Made by a program: the position numbers and the translations under genes. The notes under the pieces were generated by a model, which was given only the letters and a program-made list of their open reading frames with translations, ran no database searches and was not told the DNA's origin. A stretch of DNA of 62,732 nucleotides, the filler included, from Nitrospirota bacterium (GTDB taxonomy: Bacteria; JACPQY01): assembly GCA_016180645.1 (NCBI GenBank). It is 3 parts of 3 records of this genome, joined end to end, with 100 filler letters (N's around TTAATTAATTAA, not from the genome) between each part and the next. Parts side by side here need not be neighbours in the genome. Positions count along the whole stretch, not along the records: positions 46,303 to 62,732 come from JACPAV010000060.1; 2 more parts are not named here. One strand, 5' to 3'. Below, in pieces: positions 57,067 to 62,732 of the stretch. Position 1 is the first letter of the stretch; each line of letters opens with the position of its first letter.

Positions 57067-57698
57067 GGTTTCACCTCCCCTGAGGGATTTCCCCCAAGAA
57101 TCTTCACGAGGACCTTCTTGAAATCTTCAAACGCGCGATCGCCCCGGCCGGGATCGGCCGAGAACAGGGCGTGACCGCAGAAACCGATCAGCGCGGCCAT
57201 GACGATATCTGCAAAGCTCTCTGCGCTCATATCGAGCTGGTTCTGAAGCGGGCCCAAGACCGTTCGAATGCCTCCGACCAGGAGCGCCCGTTGTTCCTCG
57301 ATGGAGTGGACCACCCTGCGCTTCAAAGTTTTCCGTGTCATCGATCGGGCGGCCAAGTCCATGAACACCGGTAGGAGCGGCTGCGCCTTTTTCAGGAGCT
57401 TCCACAATTCGTCGAACGCCCACAGGGCCTGCTGAACCGAGGGACCGAGCTGCGACGTGGCGCCCTCCACGCGATCGGAAATCTTGCGAAAGAGCAGGGA
57501 TTGCACCTCCAGCAGAAGCTGCTCCTTGGATTTGAAATGGTAGTGCAGCAGACCTTTTGAGACGCCGGCTTCGCGCGCGATGTCGTCCATGGACGTGGAC
57601 TGAAACCCGTTTCGATTGAAGCAGGTGAGCGCGGCTTCGAGGATGGCCTGCATCGAAGCGGCCCGGCGCTCCGCGTGGCTTCGACGCGGATGCGCCAT
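57063..57698 (-). CDS. TetR/AcrR-family regulator
   Basis: TSMDDIAREAGVSKGLLHYHFKSKEQL; start uncertain. Confidence 0.93.
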   Translation of the reverse strand: MAHPRRSHAERRAASMQAILEAALTCFNRNGFQSTSMDDIAREAGVSKGLLHYHFKSKEQLLLEVQSLLFRKISDRVEGATSQLGPSVQQALWAFDELWKLLKKAQPLLPVFMDLAARSMTRKTLKRRVVHSIEEQRALLVGGIRTVLGPLQNQLDMSAESFADIVMAALIGFCGHALFSADPGRGDRAFEDFKKVLVKILGGNPSGEVKP

Positions 57699-57860
57699 CG
57701 CCCGCTGCGATCGGCCTCCCGCCCTCCGTGGGAAGATTGGTGTTACGCTTGCTTGCATAGTCATCATACTGGCACTTGCCCCAGGTCGGCTCACCTTCCT
57801 GGCTCGCCCTGATCAGGCAAGTACCGCACCATCCTTGGCTGGCTAGCCAGTCAGTATTAC

Positions 57861-57889
57861 ATCCTACGGAAACCATGTGGACCTGTCAA
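57861..57889 (-). promoter_or_regulatory. Sigma-70 promoter for tetR and the di-iron gene
   Basis: Minus strand TTGACA-N17-TAGGAT. Confidence 0.65.
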
Positions 57890-57959
57890 GTCCCCATTAG
57901 TTTCCCGGCCGGCTCATCGATTTTTTGGGTGGGGACGGGTATGCTCCGCAGCCGGCGGG

Positions 57960-60227
57960 ATGATGACGATGAGGATGAGCACATGGGCGATGAGTCTCTT
58001 GCTTCTCGTGGCGATGGCATCTATCGCTCGAGGCGACGAGAGGACGCCGTTGGCAGGGCGCCTCCTCGAAAAGGGCACCCGCCGTCCTATCGAGGGAGGA
58101 ACAGTGATGGTGCTTGAGACCTCCGAATTTGCTCTCACGGATCGCTCGGGGAACTTCATCCTAGCCACTCCAAACACACTTCCCCTCACATTCAAGATCC
58201 TCGCCCCCGGATACAAACCCTTTGAGGAAAAAATCGATTCTTGGCTGGACGGACGACGGGTGACGGACGACGGACGACGTTTTTTCTACCTCGATCCCGA
58301 AGTCGTCTCCTCTCTCGAAGTGCTCGTGGAGGCCGAGGCCGAGCGGCGGGAAACGGCCCGGAGAGTCATCACCCGGCAGGAGGTGCAGAAAGCGGCCGGA
58401 ACCGGGGGGGACGCCATCAAGGTGGTGCAAGACATGCCGGGGGTGGCCCGCACCCCTTTTTCGGGGGGGGGGTTGATCGTTCGCGGTTCGGCCCTCGAAG
58501 ACACCGGCGTCTACATGGACGGCCACGAGATCCCGCTCCTCTTCCATTTCGGCGGCCTCACGAGTACGTTCAACTCCGATCTCATCCGCGACCTCCGCTT
58601 CTACCCAGGCGTCTACTCCGTGAGGTACGGCCATGAGATGGGCGGCATTGTCGACATCCGGTCGCGCGCCGGGGACGCCACCGGCACACATGGGTACGTG
58701 GACGCCGACTTCTACGATGCGGGCACTCTTTTGGAGGGACCCGTCAAGAATTTCTCGTACACTGCGTCCCTCCGACGGAGCTACGCGGATGCCATCATCA
58801 AAGCGGCCGTCCCGGAGGATGTCGTCCGATTCACCCTCGCTCCCCGCTACTATGATTACGAGGCTTCCGTCGGGGGTCGATTCCTCCCGCGCATGTCCGG
58901 GTCACTCATGGCGTTCGGATCGGACGACAAGATGGCCCTCGTGCTCGAGGAACCGCCGGGTCGAGAAGTGGAGTTTTCGGGTAATTTCAATTCCAACCTG
59001 TATTTCCATCGCCTGCTCGCGAAATGGAGCTGGGATCTCGGGGCGAACCTTCGAAATGAATTCTCGACGGCCGCGGGTCCGGACCGCATCCTCTTCCGAA
59101 TAGCCGAACTCAGCCATCTCAGCATCCGGATCTGGAACACTTCGCTAAGGGATGAGCTCTTCTACCAGCCCACTCCCTGGCTCACGCTCTACCCCGGGAT
59201 CCATTTCGTCTGGGGCAGAGGCAACTACGACGCGAGATTCCCCCGAATCCCGAGGGAGGACGACCCCGAGCATGCCTACGACCCGGTCTCGGTTCGCGAC
59301 GCCGACGGCGTCCTCGCCGGCTCGGCGGTCTCGCCCTACCTAGAAGCCGTGATCCGACCGATCAGTCGGATCAGCCTGACCCCAGGGGTGCGATTGGACC
59401 GCTACACTATCCAAAATCAAACACCGATTTCCCCGCGGATGACCGCGCGATATCAGCTCTTGGAACCGCTCACGTTCAAGGTGGGCGCAGGCCTCGTTCA
59501 CCAGCCCCCCGAACCGCAGGACGTGGCCGAGGGAATTGGCCAGCCGGAGCTGGGCGTCCAGCGCGCGGCCCAGTACACGGGCGGATTCGAGGTCGATCTC
59601 CCCCGAGGATGGAGCGGCGACATCCAGGGATTCTACAAAGACCTGTCGCTCCTCGTGGTCCGAAAGGCCGAATCCGACATTTCCAACTACGATCCTTCCG
59701 ATCTTGAAAACGGCGGCATCGGCCGCATCTACGGAAGCGAAGTGTACCTCTCATGGAAGAACCCCCGCGGATTCGCCTGGTGCAGCTACACGCTCTCACG
59801 GAGCGAACGACGCGACCACCCTGGAGAAGACTATCGATTCTTCAGCTTCGACCAGACTCACATCCTGACCGTGGTGGGCACGCTGAGCTTGACGGCGAAA
59901 TGGGACCTCGGAGCGCGCTTCCGATACTCCACGGGCCGCCCGGAAACCCCGTTCATCGATTCGATCTACGACGCGGATCGCGACCGGTACATCCCGATCC
60001 CCGGGGAACTTTATTCCGTTCGAATCCCCGGGTTTCACCAGCTTGACGTGCGCGTCGACCGGCGCTGGAGATTCAATACGTGGATGCTGACAAGCTATCT
60101 CGACATCCAGAATGTGTACGTGCAGAAGAACCCCGAGGGGTTTTCCTACAACTATGACTACAGCGAACGGCAGGCCGTGACGGGCATCCCCATCTTTCCG
60201 TCTTTCGGCCTTAGAGCGGAGTTCTGA
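57960..60227 (+). CDS. TonB-dependent receptor
   Basis: Signal peptide, plug (MPGVAR..LIVRGS..IPLLFHFGG..YPG), terminal GLRAEF. Confidence 0.92.
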   Translation: MMTMRMSTWAMSLLLLVAMASIARGDERTPLAGRLLEKGTRRPIEGGTVMVLETSEFALTDRSGNFILATPNTLPLTFKILAPGYKPFEEKIDSWLDGRRVTDDGRRFFYLDPEVVSSLEVLVEAEAERRETARRVITRQEVQKAAGTGGDAIKVVQDMPGVARTPFSGGGLIVRGSALEDTGVYMDGHEIPLLFHFGGLTSTFNSDLIRDLRFYPGVYSVRYGHEMGGIVDIRSRAGDATGTHGYVDADFYDAGTLLEGPVKNFSYTASLRRSYADAIIKAAVPEDVVRFTLAPRYYDYEASVGGRFLPRMSGSLMAFGSDDKMALVLEEPPGREVEFSGNFNSNLYFHRLLAKWSWDLGANLRNEFSTAAGPDRILFRIAELSHLSIRIWNTSLRDELFYQPTPWLTLYPGIHFVWGRGNYDARFPRIPREDDPEHAYDPVSVRDADGVLAGSAVSPYLEAVIRPISRISLTPGVRLDRYTIQNQTPISPRMTARYQLLEPLTFKVGAGLVHQPPEPQDVAEGIGQPELGVQRAAQYTGGFEVDLPRGWSGDIQGFYKDLSLLVVRKAESDISNYDPSDLENGGIGRIYGSEVYLSWKNPRGFAWCSYTLSRSERRDHPGEDYRFFSFDQTHILTVVGTLSLTAKWDLGARFRYSTGRPETPFIDSIYDADRDRYIPIPGELYSVRIPGFHQLDVRVDRRWRFNTWMLTSYLDIQNVYVQKNPEGFSYNYDYSERQAVTGIPIFPSFGLRAEF

Positions 60228-60246
60228 TGAACGTGAAGGGTGAAGA

Positions 60247-61164
60247 GTGATGGGTGAAGGAAGAGAAGGCCGGGGCGCCAAGGGTCGGATCCTGCACATC
60301 ACCCTTTACTCATCACTCATCACGGCCGTGCTGAGCACGGCCTGCGGCATCGACCAGGGAGAGCCCACGTTCGTCGACAAGCCGCGCATTCTCGCGATGA
60401 AGGCTGAACCGCCGGAGATCCAACGAGAGGGCGAGTCGCGGCTGAGTGCCTTGGTCGCCTTGCCGGACGATTTCGATCCATCCGCCCCGCCCCCCCTGCT
60501 CCTCTGGGGACTCTGCGAACTGACCGGAACCGTGACCGGGCAGAGCTGTGCCGATCCCGAATCCGCGAAGGTTTTGGGCGCCGGCGGCCCGGAGGAATCG
60601 ATCCCGATTGCGGACCCCACTCCACCCCCTCCGATCCTTTCCGGGGACGGCGAGAAGAATCATCAGGGGATCTCAGCGCCGCCGGAATTTTCCATGCAAC
60701 CCCTGCCCGTTCCGGTGCCTTTCCTCATCGGTCTGTTCGCCAAGGCGGGAGACAGGGAGATGAAGGCTTTCAAGCGGTTCATCGTCAGCGGCTCCACGAA
60801 CCCCAATCGGAATCCCGTGATCACGGACGTGATGATCGACGGCGCACCGCTGGCCGACCTTTCCGCCTTGGAGCCCGAAAGAGAGTACACACTGGAAGTC
60901 CAGGTTCCGGAGGATGCCGCTCAATCCTACGCGGATCTTTCGCCGACCGGGGGGGGGCGGGAGAAGACCGAGGATCTGTTCATCGCCTGGTTCAGCACCG
61001 CCGAGGGGCTCGAAAAGGATCGATCCTTCGGAGTACCGTACGAGAACAAGTGGCGTGCCCCTCGGAAGCCGCCGGAATCGGGAAAAGTGCGATTTTGGGT
61101 CGTCCTTCACGACAGTCGCGAGGGAGTTGACTGGAAGAGCTTCGACCTCACCTTCGCAGAATAA
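60247..61164 (+). CDS. Lipoprotein partner of the TonB receptor
   Basis: Lipobox STAC; PRILAMKAEPPE, NRNP, VVLHDSREGVDW. Confidence 0.8.
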   Translation: MMGEGREGRGAKGRILHITLYSSLITAVLSTACGIDQGEPTFVDKPRILAMKAEPPEIQREGESRLSALVALPDDFDPSAPPPLLLWGLCELTGTVTGQSCADPESAKVLGAGGPEESIPIADPTPPPPILSGDGEKNHQGISAPPEFSMQPLPVPVPFLIGLFAKAGDREMKAFKRFIVSGSTNPNRNPVITDVMIDGAPLADLSALEPEREYTLEVQVPEDAAQSYADLSPTGGGREKTEDLFIAWFSTAEGLEKDRSFGVPYENKWRAPRKPPESGKVRFWVVLHDSREGVDWKSFDLTFAE

Positions 61165-61269
61165 CTTCTCTTAATTACTTATATATCAATGCGAATGGCG
61201 TGGCACTAACCGTTTAGTTGACAACGTTGACGGTTCGTGTCACCATATCAGTCCAAGGAGGACGCGATA

Positions 61270-62544
61270 ATGGAAGCGCTGACAACTGAATCCCAGGCCG
61301 CGCCGCAAACCGGGAAATCCTCCATCCTTCCGCCCCTGACACGTCGTTATGCCGTTGAACGAAACCTCAAGCGGCTGGATCGCGGCCTCTACCGCGCCTA
61401 CAAGCTCAGGAAACGAGCGATGCCGTATGACGACACGACGGCCACCTTCTTCGGCGGAGACCTGGAAGAGCTGACCCACCGCAACTACGAAAAAGCGCTC
61501 GCCAATCTCTGGAAAGCCGAGGTGGTCGCCCCGAGCCTCGGCTTCCGCGATGCGTCCCGCGAGGAGCGACGCCCCACCGATGGCAATGCCGCTCCCCAAT
61601 CCCAGGAGACGCGCGATCTCGTCGAGAAAGCACGCTCCGACGGATTCCGGGATGCCATCCGGTCCGCCCTCGATCCCGATCAGCGCCGCGCCCTCGCCCG
61701 AATTCTTTCCATCATCCTTCACGGCGAAGCGCACGCCTTGTTTGTTTCGGCTTCCCTTGTCCCGCATGTCCGCGGGACCGGCGCCAAACTCGGAATGGCC
61801 ATGCAGGTCATGGAAGAGGCGAAACACTTCGTCGTCATGCGCGAGGTCGTGAAGCGGATCGACCGCGTGTATCCCCAGAATTTCTCCGATTTCTTCGCGC
61901 TGGACATGATCCTCCGCGCAAGACCGATGGACCGCCTGTTCGGCATGAACCTCGTGGTCGAAAGCGTGGCGATGACGTTCTTCTCCACGTTCACCAACTA
62001 TCCCGGACTGTCCCAGATCCTTCCCTTTTTCCACAAGGACGAAAGCCGCCACAGCGCCTATCCCAAATCCTACACGGCCTTTGCCCCGCTCTCGTTCTGG
62101 ACCAAGCACAGCCCCCTCGCCCGGCAGCGGCGCATGAATCTCGTTTTTCCCCTCCTCCTGCTTCTCGTGACGCTAAAAGAGGACTTCGACAAAGTGGGCC
62201 TGGACATTTTCGAGTTCGGCGGGAAACTTCTGGATAAGGTGTCACGCCTCGCCGAGCAGACGGGCTTCTACCTTCCCCTCCCGCGGGCGGACATGATGCG
62301 GATGTACAATCTCGTCTTCAACCTCCACCTTCGGATGACGGACCGGGCGCACTTCGAGGGCTTCCGCGACTACACCCAGCACCACAGCTACCGCATCCGG
62401 GAGGATCTCCAGGAGGTCGAAGATCAGATCTACGGAACGGGCTCTTCCGGCGCGTCCGGCTGGTACCACCGGTTGATGGAGGGAGTATACGGACGTCTGG
62501 CGCGCGCCATCGATCCATCGCACCCTCGCGCCGCGACGGCCTGA
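61270..62544 (+). CDS. Ferritin-like di-iron protein (paralog of 55894-57066)
   Basis: FFGGDLEELT..HGEA..MQVMEEAKHF..DESRH; AAGGAGG RBS. Confidence 0.85.
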   Translation: MEALTTESQAAPQTGKSSILPPLTRRYAVERNLKRLDRGLYRAYKLRKRAMPYDDTTATFFGGDLEELTHRNYEKALANLWKAEVVAPSLGFRDASREERRPTDGNAAPQSQETRDLVEKARSDGFRDAIRSALDPDQRRALARILSIILHGEAHALFVSASLVPHVRGTGAKLGMAMQVMEEAKHFVVMREVVKRIDRVYPQNFSDFFALDMILRARPMDRLFGMNLVVESVAMTFFSTFTNYPGLSQILPFFHKDESRHSAYPKSYTAFAPLSFWTKHSPLARQRRMNLVFPLLLLLVTLKEDFDKVGLDIFEFGGKLLDKVSRLAEQTGFYLPLPRADMMRMYNLVFNLHLRMTDRAHFEGFRDYTQHHSYRIREDLQEVEDQIYGTGSSGASGWYHRLMEGVYGRLARAIDPSHPRAATA

Positions 62545-62564
62545 GCACGGGATCAAAAGCAAGC

Positions 62565-62732
62565 TGTTGTAGTTTAGTCAACATGTCCGCTTTACTGTTG
62601 AGTGAAAATGTCCTCCCCCGCGCGTGGCATGGATGAGGGGGGAGCGGGGGGAGAGGGGGTCCGATTGTTGCGGCGCAGAGTTCGGAGGAGCCGATCCTGA
62701 CCCGGTTTTTCCGTTTCGAGTAGAATTCGGTG
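62565..62732. mobile_element. IS terminal inverted repeat and start of element (runs off window)
   Basis: TGTTGTAGTTTAGTCAACATGTCC...GTTGAGTGAAAATGTCCTCC, similar to the end at 536. Confidence 0.75.

Noticed and set aside
1-62732. Window as a plasmid or prophage circle
   Set aside because: Contains core genes (tyrS, der, rnc, rny) and no replication or phage genes; end linkage is better explained by contig order.

Overview
GC-rich bacterial DNA with a deltaproteobacterial-type gene content (inference). It consists of three contigs joined by artificial 100-nt N/TTAATTAATTAA linkers (31544-31643, 46203-46302). Core genes: zapB-like/zapA-6S RNA-ygfA-rny-tyrS-RNase G, rnc-der-yfgM-bamB-like, a partial ispA, a split type II secretion locus (gspC-D-E-[AbrB/VapC]-F and gspL-M-N), lipid-metabolism enzymes and many secreted lipoproteins. 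Several signals are missed by the ORF track. (1) A three-gene operon at 22557-23801 appears to have two UGA-readthrough selenoproteins: an uncalled 55-aa membrane peptide (VPT-U) and a CxxC/UxxC protein-disulfide oxidoreductase, flanking a DUF302 gene, each UGA followed by a SECIS-like hairpin. (2) Three neighbouring secreted lipoproteins (46303-55751) share a synonymously diversified GG[VI]RG repeat motif. (3) An integrase-less integron array carries Mrr and an R-M pair, and its last attC core cuts into a brnT toxin gene. (4) IS1202-type ends at both window extremities share a 15-bp direct repeat. (5) Several families of small palindromic elements are inserted in-frame inside genes. (6) A TetR/TonB-receptor locus is bracketed by two paralogous di-iron proteins. 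All calls come from reading motifs by eye; no database searches were run.
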